Origin: a virus
IMG/VR virus record: IMGVR_UViG_3300023223_000189
Span: 1-37,868 of that record
Length of the DNA: 37,868 nucleotides
Strand: one strand, 5' to 3'
Positions within the stretch are counted from its first letter, which is position 1. Every line of letters starts with the position of its first letter. The notes under the pieces were generated by a model that was not told the DNA's origin, did not search any database, and was given only the letters and a program-made list of their open reading frames with translations. This document shows positions 13,388-21,508 of this stretch, one piece after another. A program made the translations under genes and the position numbers.

Positions 13388-13512
13388 ATACTCTATCATG
13401 CGCTATTACATGTGTTATTTTTGGCACCCTGCACGCCATTGACGGGAATCCTCAAGCGTCAACATACGCTGCAGCGTTTCTTATTATTTTAGCGATAAGG
13501 TCAGAGAAATGA
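13384..13512 (+). CDS. 42-aa membrane micro-protein (below ORF-track cutoff)
   Basis: ATGA overlap with the holin. Hand translation MNTLSCAITCVIFGTLHAIDGNPQASTYAAAFLIILAIRSEK. Confidence 0.4.
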   Translation: MNTLSCAITCVIFGTLHAIDGNPQASTYAAAFLIILAIRSEK

Positions 13513-13688
13513 ATCGCAAATGGTGGCCAGACCTGACATTCCTGTATACACCTCTACGAGATACGGCATTTTACATTGTGTTTGGGGTTGTAATTGGCTT
13601 TGGGCTTATCGACTGTAACGAGAAAAGAGGCGATATTGACATGAATACTCACGCTGAACTCACAGAAAATATTAAGGAAGAAAAATGA
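13509..13688 (+). CDS. 59-aa single-pass membrane protein (below ORF-track cutoff)
   Basis: ATGA overlaps on both sides. Hand translation MNRKWWPDLTFLYTPLRDTAFYIVFGVVIGFGLIDCNEKRGDIDMNTHAELTENIKEEK. Confidence 0.4.
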   Translation: MNRKWWPDLTFLYTPLRDTAFYIVFGVVIGFGLIDCNEKRGDIDMNTHAELTENIKEEK

Positions 13689-14128
13689 CGACGATTGCAT
13701 GGGATGGTAAAACACTGGCTGTCGATAGCAGGGCTACATCTGACGGGTACGTAATGACCGACAAGTGTAAAAAGCTGTATACCGGGGTAGGCCAGTATGT
13801 AGCGGCTGCCATGTGCGGTGATGAGGCCGAGGCCGTAGACATGATGGACTGGCTGCGCACTGGCGGGAAAGCCCCCGAGTGCAAGGAGGGTGTGATTATC
13901 GTTGCCGTAATGGAAGACGGTACAGCCCACAAGTTCACCGGGGGCATTGAGACCCCTATCAAGGTCCAGGTGCCCTACGCCGACGGGTCAGGGTGGATCG
14001 TGGCCCTCGCGTCAATGGATGCCGGGCTGAATGCAGTTGAGGCAGTGAAGGCTGCCAGGAAGCGCGACATCTACACTGGCGGCCCAGTAAAGTCGTTTAA
14101 AATAGGGGCTGACGATGAAGGTATCTAA
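13685..14128 (+). CDS. HslV/proteasome-beta-like N-terminal-nucleophile hydrolase (147 aa)
   Basis: MTTIAWDGKTLAVDSRATSDGYVMTDKCKKLY...AAAMCGDEAEA...ADGSGW parallels HslV [38 protein letters not shown]...GFAGGTADA...GSGG. Thr immediately follows the initiator Met. Confidence 0.55.
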   Translation: MTTIAWDGKTLAVDSRATSDGYVMTDKCKKLYTGVGQYVAAAMCGDEAEAVDMMDWLRTGGKAPECKEGVIIVAVMEDGTAHKFTGGIETPIKVQVPYADGSGWIVALASMDAGLNAVEAVKAARKRDIYTGGPVKSFKIGADDEGI

Positions 14129-14468
14129 AGACTTCCATGACTGGGAATTTGAATGCAGCTGCGGATGCGGCAAGAACAACATCGGCGCGGCTGTGGTGTA
14201 TGTCCTTCAGCGCGTCAGGGATTACTATGACAGCCCTGTTACCGTGACATCAGCTGTCAGGTGCCTGGTATACAATCGTAGTGATGACGTTGGCAGTAAT
14301 GACAAGTCACAGCACCCGAGGCGCACAGCTGTTGATTTCACTGTACAGGACGTTGATCCATATGATGTATTTGCGCTGCTTTGCGGATGGTATCCTGACT
14401 CCCTGGGTATCGGTCGATATTGTAACTTTACTCACGTTGATACTCGATTGATTAAGGCAAGGTGGTAA
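14115..14468 (+). CDS. Peptidase M15 (VanY/M15_3-type) endolysin
   Basis: EFECSCG...VTSAVRCLVYN...SQHPRRTAVDFTV...NFTHVD carries the H..D...H zinc-ligand pattern of M15 cell-wall peptidases. Confidence 0.75.
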   Translation: MKVSKDFHDWEFECSCGCGKNNIGAAVVYVLQRVRDYYDSPVTVTSAVRCLVYNRSDDVGSNDKSQHPRRTAVDFTVQDVDPYDVFALLCGWYPDSLGIGRYCNFTHVDTRLIKARW

Positions 14469-14470
14469 CT

Positions 14471-14587
14471 ATGATTATCGACATTTTAATCGGTGTTTTA
14501 GTTATAGCTTTCGGTGCTCACGCAACCTGGTATCGATATCAACAGGAGCTTGAAAAGGATAAAAAAGGGGGCCGTAATAGCCCCTAA
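14471..14587 (+). CDS. 38-aa membrane micro-protein (below ORF-track cutoff)
   Basis: Hand translation MIIDILIGVLVIAFGAHATWYRYQQELEKDKKGGRNSP. It starts 2 nt after the endolysin stop. Confidence 0.4.
   Translation: MIIDILIGVLVIAFGAHATWYRYQQELEKDKKGGRNSP
14561..14584 (-). terminator. Intrinsic terminator at the convergence point of the two arms
   Basis: The minus strand reads GGGGC-TATTACG-GCCCC followed by TTTTTT. On the plus strand the same hairpin is followed by a moderately T-rich tract. Confidence 0.55.
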
Positions 14588-14604
14588 GTTGTACGTTATT
14601 ATTG

Positions 14605-14832
14605 TTATTTCTGGATAGTGTTATTAGATGTTCCACTCTGGTAACGCTTGGCAAAGGCGTCACGTGTAGCAGGATCATTGGCATCGACCAGCGCTTGATA
14701 TTTCTCAGGGTGCAGCCATCTAGTCATGGCAGTCGTGCCGTGTGCGTTCTGACCCTCTGGGACACTCCAGGTAGAGCATCCAGTAGAAAGCGCTGACAGG
14801 GCGATAAGGGCGATAGCGAATAGTGATTTCAT
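14605..14832 (-). CDS. Lipoprotein (signal peptide with lipobox LSTGC)
   Basis: MKSLFAIALIALSALSTGC|STW... AAGGA Shine-Dalgarno lies before ATG 14832. The gene is bracketed by intrinsic terminators. Confidence 0.7.
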   Translation of the reverse strand: MKSLFAIALIALSALSTGCSTWSVPEGQNAHGTTAMTRWLHPEKYQALVDANDPATRDAFAKRYQSGTSNNTIQK

Positions 14833-14904
14833 GGTTAATCCTTGCTTTGGCTTGAGAGACCAAAATAGTAACATTGCATCGTAATTATGAAGGTTAAACT
14901 TCTG

Positions 14905-14929
14905 TAATAAAAATGCCTCCGAAGAGGCA
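14905..14929 (-). terminator. Intrinsic terminator upstream of the lipoprotein gene
   Basis: The minus strand reads TGCCTC-TTCG-GAGGCA followed by TTTTTATTA. Confidence 0.65.
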
Positions 14930-14992
14930 GTGAACTAATACATTATTGTTATTATACGGGGCTGCTAGTTATTATGCCCCGCCTGCTCTGCC

Positions 14993-15472
14993 TTACCGTT
15001 GAGCAACAAGCTTATCAAGCAAGTGCGTAATCTTTCCCAATGCCAGCTCTGCAACTGCGAACTTTTTTTTTGCGCCGGCAAGCTCTCTATTGGCCTTCTC
15101 AACCTCGATAGCCTTTTCTCCTGCCGGAATACCCTGTATAGCCATAAGCTGCCACACGATCAGCTGTAGATTGTCTACGCGCCGGCTGATGTAGTCACAC
15201 TCGCGCTGTAATACCTGCCTCTCAGTTTCCGCAACAAACCATTCTTCAGTGTTCTGATGAAGCCTGAATTGCTCAACCTCATTACCGATAAACCACTGCG
15301 GGGCTGTCTTTCCCTTGAATGGTATCTCGACAAACAGAAAGCAATACCACATCGTACCGAATACTACGCACCAGAATGCGTACCGCCTGGCGAATGCGCC
15401 TGGCTCATGCAGGGATGCCCACCACCTAACAATTATCTGCCTGCCGAACATATTGAACAGTGACTTAATCAT
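14993..15472 (-). CDS. Single-pass membrane protein with C-terminal coiled coil (i-spanin-like topology or exclusion protein)
   Basis: Transmembrane segment AFWCVVFGTMWYCFLFV followed by a helical heptad-rich region. AAGGAG Shine-Dalgarno. Confidence 0.55.
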   Translation of the reverse strand: MIKSLFNMFGRQIIVRWWASLHEPGAFARRYAFWCVVFGTMWYCFLFVEIPFKGKTAPQWFIGNEVEQFRLHQNTEEWFVAETERQVLQRECDYISRRVDNLQLIVWQLMAIQGIPAGEKAIEVEKANRELAGAKKKFAVAELALGKITHLLDKLVAQR

Positions 15473-15725
15473 GCATTAGCTCCTTAGCCTTTTTGATAGC
15501 CCGGGTCTTTCGTTCAATAGATGCATCATAAGCGGATTGGCAGTGATTCTTTTGCCAGAAGAATAAACCATTGATCAGTCGCCTGGCTACTCTCCATCGC
15601 TTCTTAGGCTTATCTACTAGCTTAGCAGATCGATATGCCCTGGCGCTGATTGTCTCTGTGTGACTCCCTGATATCAGGGTATTAGCCAGTTTATCTACTG
15701 CTATTGCTACGTCCAAATAACTCAT
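15465..15725 (-). CDS. Hypothetical protein
   Basis: 86 aa, AAGGGG Shine-Dalgarno, directly downstream of the tailspike. Confidence 0.55.
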   Translation of the reverse strand: MSYLDVAIAVDKLANTLISGSHTETISARAYRSAKLVDKPKKRWRVARRLINGLFFWQKNHCQSAYDASIERKTRAIKKAKELMHD

Positions 15726-15742
15726 TGCCGACCCCTTAATAA

Positions 15743-18151
15743 TTAAGCATCTATAACGCCGAACGCCTTAAAGGCTGAGTTGTCTACCGCAGCATCAGCA
15801 ACGTCTGCTGTTGCCGACCATCCTATCTTGCCGCCCGCTACAGGAGAGGCATTCCACACTATGTCTCCCCGATTCCATGCCCCAGAAGTCGGAATAGCGT
15901 TAAGGGTAACTTGTCGTGCTGGGTATGGGCCTATGGACGCGCCGCCTGAAAAGTATTCCACTGCTCGCCGCCCATCGGGGCCACCATCAGGGCTGTGATA
16001 GACAGCTGTTGGGGTAGACGAATTCACATTAAAAGGCAGATACATATCAAATGCTGCAGCGCCCGAAACGGTAGTATTAGTAAGCCGCATTGATATATTT
16101 CCAGCGCCCGCATCAAAGCCAGTTATTGGGAAGAGTTCCCATGTGTCTTTAATCTTGAATTCTTGGCTAACAATGTCGGCCCCGCCTGCTATTTTTAAAT
16201 GTATCCGCATTAGGGCTAAAGGAGTTGATGATTTTAACCAGGCACCCCCGCACTTTGTGCCGTTCCAGTTGTCGGGCGATGGCGTGGCGTGCTCTGTCCA
16301 GTCAAACTGGGCAGCATATGCCACATTCATTACCGCCTCATCTTTGAGCCCGTGCGGCCCTTCTACTGTCTTGGGCGATGTTCTAGTGGCTCCAGAGTCC
16401 GACCACGCACCGTCCGAATGCATATTCAGCGTGCGGCCAAAGTTGTTTGTCATTACTCCCGATGAGCGAGTGGGTGCGAGTATGTCCCTACCATCAATGA
16501 TGTTTCCATAGATAGAGTTAACCTTGCTGTTTAGTGATCTGCCTTGATAGGCTCGCACTGTTATTTCTTGGCCGGCAGGAAATGTGGGGTTAGGAGTGCT
16601 GTTTTTATTCCTGACATTGTCTGCATCCGTTCCTACATCCAGCCGAACCAGTCTTTCAACGTCGAATTCGACATCAGAACAGAACTCAGTCTTGGCGTCC
16701 AGCACTGCGCCATCTATGTATATTTGCTCAGATATTACGCTAGCGGTTCCTGTAACGCGGACATCATAGCTATCAGGAGAGCCGGGGGCATTTAGTGAGT
16801 GGTGGTTTTCAGATAAGAAATTCAACGTCTTAACTCGGCGGCATCTGTCTAGCTCTAACCCTGTACCGAAACCATAGATTGTCGGATCGGAGATGGGGCC
16901 GCCTGCGTTTGATACTCCGTTATATCCGTTAGACTGTACGACCGAGTTAATCAGAGTCAGCTCTTTAATGAAGGTTGCTTGTATGCCCCTTCCGCTCCTG
17001 CCTCCGTCTGAACGACCCCATGCTAGATGAGAAGTGACATTCTCTAAGGTGATCGCATACACCCTTGTGGCCGTAGAAGGGGTAAACTCAAGCTCTAAAT
17101 TGATGTCATTATCCCTAAGCGTGCTGTTGCTGAGTTTTGTAGATATCGAGTCTGGAGCCCCGGAGTCTGTCTTGTGAACCTTAATCCCAGACTGATACCA
17201 TCTAGGCTCGATATTATCCATCTCAATACGTTGAATGTTCAGTAATTCAATGCCGACTAGAGAGTTAATAGCCTGCCCGGTGTTATTGTTGCCGATGGGG
17301 TGGAATCCTTTCAGCGTCACTTTTAAGCAATTCTCAAATTTAAAGCAGCCGTTGACATCTGTGGTTGTAAGGAAGTTATTGAAGCCGGTAATTTCTACCT
17401 CTGTTCTTGTCGTGGAGACTCTTGTGGCTAGGTCGTAATCAACTCCCTGAGTCATATCTATCTTTGCAAAAGCATTTACGGCAGCCTGGAAAGCTGCAGA
17501 GTTTACAGCCCCAGATTGCGCGCTTCCGGCACCATACTGGTCGACAAGCACTATCCCTTCTTCTGGTGCAAGGAGCGCCACATTTCCATTAGTTAGCGTG
17601 TGATCGCCTAGCTCATCGACAGTGCCTGTACCACGAACAATATCGTGCTGTGCCTTAGTGACAATCTGGTACGTCGCTCTGCCAGATGGGCCGCCCACTG
17701 TTGCCTCCCATCCCGCATGATATGAGATAGTGGTAGCGGTGGAATCAAGTGGTGCCTGACTTGAGACCAAGGCGGCTACGGAGTCATACTCTACATTTGT
17801 AAAGTTAGATATGACGGTATTAAGAGTGGCGTTCGGGTCGGCGTTGATATCATTCGCAATCTGAATGGCATTAGTCGTATCGTTCGCGTCAGCATCTGCA
17901 GCAGTCGGAAATAGCCACCCATCATAGGCACCATCTACCCACGGAATAAATATTACATCACCGGCTGTTTTAATAAATCCAACAGGGATTGTGCCTCCAC
18001 TGGAAATCTCAGCTTTGGCTAATGTTGTCGCACCCGTCGAGTCTGTAGCCATACTTAATGGCGTAGGTGTTCCCTGTTGAAAGAATTTCAGGAAGAAGCC
18101 ACCAAAATTCTCATATTGCTGGCTTTTATATGCTGTCGGGGCTAATGCCAT
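15743..18151 (-). CDS. Tailspike / receptor-binding depolymerase (right-handed beta-helix type)
   Basis: 802 aa. Gly/Asn/Thr/Ser-rich with a repetitive beta-strand texture. It is the last large virion gene, matching the P22 gp9 position. Confidence 0.65.
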   Translation of the reverse strand: MALAPTAYKSQQYENFGGFFLKFFQQGTPTPLSMATDSTGATTLAKAEISSGGTIPVGFIKTAGDVIFIPWVDGAYDGWLFPTAADADANDTTNAIQIANDINADPNATLNTVISNFTNVEYDSVAALVSSQAPLDSTATTISYHAGWEATVGGPSGRATYQIVTKAQHDIVRGTGTVDELGDHTLTNGNVALLAPEEGIVLVDQYGAGSAQSGAVNSAAFQAAVNAFAKIDMTQGVDYDLATRVSTTRTEVEITGFNNFLTTTDVNGCFKFENCLKVTLKGFHPIGNNNTGQAINSLVGIELLNIQRIEMDNIEPRWYQSGIKVHKTDSGAPDSISTKLSNSTLRDNDINLELEFTPSTATRVYAITLENVTSHLAWGRSDGGRSGRGIQATFIKELTLINSVVQSNGYNGVSNAGGPISDPTIYGFGTGLELDRCRRVKTLNFLSENHHSLNAPGSPDSYDVRVTGTASVISEQIYIDGAVLDAKTEFCSDVEFDVERLVRLDVGTDADNVRNKNSTPNPTFPAGQEITVRAYQGRSLNSKVNSIYGNIIDGRDILAPTRSSGVMTNNFGRTLNMHSDGAWSDSGATRTSPKTVEGPHGLKDEAVMNVAYAAQFDWTEHATPSPDNWNGTKCGGAWLKSSTPLALMRIHLKIAGGADIVSQEFKIKDTWELFPITGFDAGAGNISMRLTNTTVSGAAAFDMYLPFNVNSSTPTAVYHSPDGGPDGRRAVEYFSGGASIGPYPARQVTLNAIPTSGAWNRGDIVWNASPVAGGKIGWSATADVADAAVDNSAFKAFGVIDA

Positions 18152-18152
18152 T

Positions 18153-20288
18153 TTATTGTTCCTCTTGTGCGGGCTCTGTAGCTTCTATGTCATTAATCAA
18201 CTGCGTTAATGCTCTTCCGGCTTCTGGGCTTTTCGGGCTAAACCTTCTAAGCGCCTTCATTTCTGCCTTCCATGTCGGGTCAAATAGAGCCTTGGACATA
18301 TTTGTAACGGCCCTATTGAATTGGGCGTCTTCGCCAGTTGATACTAAAGTATCTATTGGCTTTCTAAACATATTTCTGAAGGCGTTGAATATACCGCCTC
18401 TCAACTCCCTCTTAATTTCTTCTCTTCCTGCAGTTGGAGACCCCGGCGCCCTGCCTATAGAAGCCCGGCTTAATGCCGTACGTAGATATTTTAAATTCTT
18501 TTTACCTTCATCATCTAGGGCCCCTATTAATACTTTTGTGCTTTTATCATTTGGGAACAGCGCCCTAAATAACTGACCTGGAAGATTCTCGACTGTTCCT
18601 GGCTCAGCTATTGACTTGACGGCACCGAGCCTCTTCTCAAACTCAACTCTAATTATCTCATCCCAAGCCGATGGATTAACATCTGTAATGGCTCTTTTTG
18701 CTTGAGCCAGAACCGCAGGATTTGTTTCACCCGCATCAAATAATTTTGTAGAAACCTGCTTAAGTTGAATGTCATCAAGATTTGCTATTTTGCCAACAAT
18801 GGAGTCTTGTATTTTTGTAACCTCTGGCGTCAGTCTAATAAACTCATCTCTAGCGGCTCTATATGAAGGGCTTTGATCAACAAGCGCGTCAGTCAGGTCA
18901 TTCTTAACATCAGTCAAGAATCGCTTAGTTGTATTGCCAACAGAGTCTGCTCCAAAAGTATTGATAGTCTGGTCCAACTCAGTTTTAGCCAAATGAAGTT
19001 TTTGTAAATTACCATCAGCACTCTGTAACTTATCTAATGCAGAGCTAAGATTTTTTGATATCTGGCCTTTTGGATCAAACTGACGTGACATTTGGAACAC
19101 TTTTGTTTCCAGGGCAGACGTATCTATCAGGTCAAGCTGACCTTTTCTCTGGCGACGAAATGCCTGCTTATAGATTGGCGATGAAGCCTCACTTCTAGCC
19201 CTCTTTGTGGCGGCAATAGCAGTTTGCGCGGCAGTTCTAACCTTTTCCGCACCAGTTACCACGGCGGCATCTGGCGCTATCTGCCCAATAAATGTCTCCA
19301 CAGCATCACCTGCAGCCTTATTCTGAGCTGTAAGCCCTTTAACTGCTGCCAGCGTGCCTGAAGGAAGCTGAGCAACAAAAGCTTGTTTCTCAAGCTGTGC
19401 AGGTATTGCCGTTTGCTGTGCTTGAAACAACGGAATCCCTGTTGCCTCACTAGCAGCCCTTGCGGCGCTAACGTTTCCGGCCAGCTGGCTTAACTGATCC
19501 CTGGAAGCACCAACTCTTGCGGCCTCTCTTCCTGCCCTAAACGACTGAACAGCAGGCACTACGGCCTCTGCAAGTCCGCCAGTAACAGCTGCAATGCCAG
19601 TGCTTAATGGGTCACGTTCCTCACGACCAAGCGCAACGCCTACTTCTTGTAGCGCCTGCTCAGTAGTGCCAGCTGCTGCTGCGCCAAAACCAACCTTTTG
19701 CAACACGCTTTTACCAAAACTCGCAATTCTTGCAGCAGGTATAAACGACAGGGCTTGAGCCGTAGCCGTTGTTAGATCCTGAGGAGAGAAGCCCGGCCTA
19801 TTTAACACAGACCTGCGCGTTCCGCCGTCCTCTGTAGGAACCTCGATAATAGTCGATCCGTCTGGCGTGGTTTCAAATACGGCCTCGGGAACTTGTGAAA
19901 GGATAATATCCTGCTGGGCTTTTGGGTCGAATGTAGACAAGAATCCTGCTGCTATTTTTAATCCTTTTTCGACCTCTGAAAAATCACCTTGAATGATTTC
20001 TTCTAAGTTTGGGATTCTTCCAGCTTCTGGAGTAACGCCAAATTCAGGAAGAGTTCCAAGCTCTGGGGTGGCTGCTATACGCTCTGCTCCCGTGAAGATA
20101 TCTCCAAAACCTGTTCCTGGTGGCTGAGCTTGAGCGGGCTGCTGTAAAGACTGCTGAGCAGGTGTAGCACCACCAACAGACTCAGGGATAACTAGTGATT
20201 GGGCCCTTACCTCTACAGGCTGAACATTTTGAGCAGGCTGCTGGACATCAGCTGTACCGCCTACTGATTTAGGTATGACAAGCGCCAT
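18153..20288 (-). CDS. Internal virion/ejection protein (gp16-position)
   Basis: 711 aa, Ala/Gln-rich and helical. It is the largest of three consecutive genes in the position of the P22 ejection proteins. Confidence 0.5.
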   Translation of the reverse strand: MALVIPKSVGGTADVQQPAQNVQPVEVRAQSLVIPESVGGATPAQQSLQQPAQAQPPGTGFGDIFTGAERIAATPELGTLPEFGVTPEAGRIPNLEEIIQGDFSEVEKGLKIAAGFLSTFDPKAQQDIILSQVPEAVFETTPDGSTIIEVPTEDGGTRRSVLNRPGFSPQDLTTATAQALSFIPAARIASFGKSVLQKVGFGAAAAGTTEQALQEVGVALGREERDPLSTGIAAVTGGLAEAVVPAVQSFRAGREAARVGASRDQLSQLAGNVSAARAASEATGIPLFQAQQTAIPAQLEKQAFVAQLPSGTLAAVKGLTAQNKAAGDAVETFIGQIAPDAAVVTGAEKVRTAAQTAIAATKRARSEASSPIYKQAFRRQRKGQLDLIDTSALETKVFQMSRQFDPKGQISKNLSSALDKLQSADGNLQKLHLAKTELDQTINTFGADSVGNTTKRFLTDVKNDLTDALVDQSPSYRAARDEFIRLTPEVTKIQDSIVGKIANLDDIQLKQVSTKLFDAGETNPAVLAQAKRAITDVNPSAWDEIIRVEFEKRLGAVKSIAEPGTVENLPGQLFRALFPNDKSTKVLIGALDDEGKKNLKYLRTALSRASIGRAPGSPTAGREEIKRELRGGIFNAFRNMFRKPIDTLVSTGEDAQFNRAVTNMSKALFDPTWKAEMKALRRFSPKSPEAGRALTQLINDIEATEPAQEEQ

Positions 20289-21508
20289 TATCGAGCCCCT
20301 TTATCTGCGATACGCCAAGCCTCTAGTATCTCCTGCTTAGATGCCTGTGGATTGGCGTTCCTTACGTCTTGTTCAAACTTATAGAAGAATACCGGTAAGC
20401 CTTGAGGCGTGCGCAAATTCGATGAAACCATTGGTGTCTTTCGCTTAAAGTCAGACCAAGCCTTATTAGCACCCTTCAGTGTTTCTTTGTCTTCCAAGAA
20501 TGTATTGAAGAAATCTGCTTTCTCTATTTTCCGTCCGGAAAATGCGCGAGATGAATCAATGATGAACTGGTTGCCCTGCTGAGAGTTACCCAGATTAGCA
20601 ATAGTCTCTCTAATAGTCTCTTCATCCTTGTCTGTCTGCGGGCCTTTTTGTGTCGCCTTGATAGATAATACAAGCTTCTTGGCCTCAGCATTAAACGCTT
20701 CACCGGCTGCAACATTGGCTAAGGCCGACGTATCTAATCCGAACGCCCGGCCAAATGCGGCCACGCCCTGTTTAGCTGGCTCTAGCGCACCTGTATTTAC
20801 ATCAATGTTTTCAAGAACATCTAGGGACTGAATAGTATCAATCGCCGCATTAGCTTCTTCTTGGATAGTCCCAAGCTCTCTAGCCCTGAGCTTGGCAAGT
20901 GCCTTCTGCTCTTCTCCCAATCCTGTTCCGATGGTCACAGTTGTTCCGGATGGCTTGCGGATACTGGCTAGAAGCTCCTGTTGAAACTCAGGCGTCCCTG
21001 GCGTCAAACCGGAAGCAATAAGATTCTGTTGGATAGCAGTAGGCTGAGACGGCGCTTCCAGCACCCCAAATTGCTGCCCTAGCGCGGTTGCCTGCTGTGA
21101 AATCTGGTCAATCTGAGTCAGCTTGTCCTGCTCTGAGATATCAGGATTATCAATCAGCTCTAACAACTCCTGAGAGTCATTAGACGGAACGCCCTGATTG
21201 GGTAGGTCTTGAGCTATACGCTGAACTGTCTTCGCTCTAATAGAGGCTAAATTGCCTGCCTTTACGTCATTGGCAATCTCAGAGCCAAACAAGGCAATGG
21301 AGCGTACGCGGTTAAGTTGCTGGCTCTCAGTAACACCGGCCTCTGCTTGGCCAGCTTGAGCCTCTAGAAGCCTGTTCTGGAATGGAGCCTGCTGAGCTTG
21401 CTGAGATATCTGCTGGCCTCTCTGGACATTAAGCAGGGCGCTGCCAAATGCGCGACCAACATCAACTGGCGCGCGACCGGCAAGGGCTATTCTCGGATCA
21501 ATTGCCAT
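20288..21508 (-). CDS. Internal virion/ejection protein (gp20-position)
   Basis: 406 aa, Gln/Ala-rich. Assignment is by synteny. Confidence 0.45.
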   Translation of the reverse strand: MAIDPRIALAGRAPVDVGRAFGSALLNVQRGQQISQQAQQAPFQNRLLEAQAGQAEAGVTESQQLNRVRSIALFGSEIANDVKAGNLASIRAKTVQRIAQDLPNQGVPSNDSQELLELIDNPDISEQDKLTQIDQISQQATALGQQFGVLEAPSQPTAIQQNLIASGLTPGTPEFQQELLASIRKPSGTTVTIGTGLGEEQKALAKLRARELGTIQEEANAAIDTIQSLDVLENIDVNTGALEPAKQGVAAFGRAFGLDTSALANVAAGEAFNAEAKKLVLSIKATQKGPQTDKDEETIRETIANLGNSQQGNQFIIDSSRAFSGRKIEKADFFNTFLEDKETLKGANKAWSDFKRKTPMVSSNLRTPQGLPVFFYKFEQDVRNANPQASKQEILEAWRIADKGAR

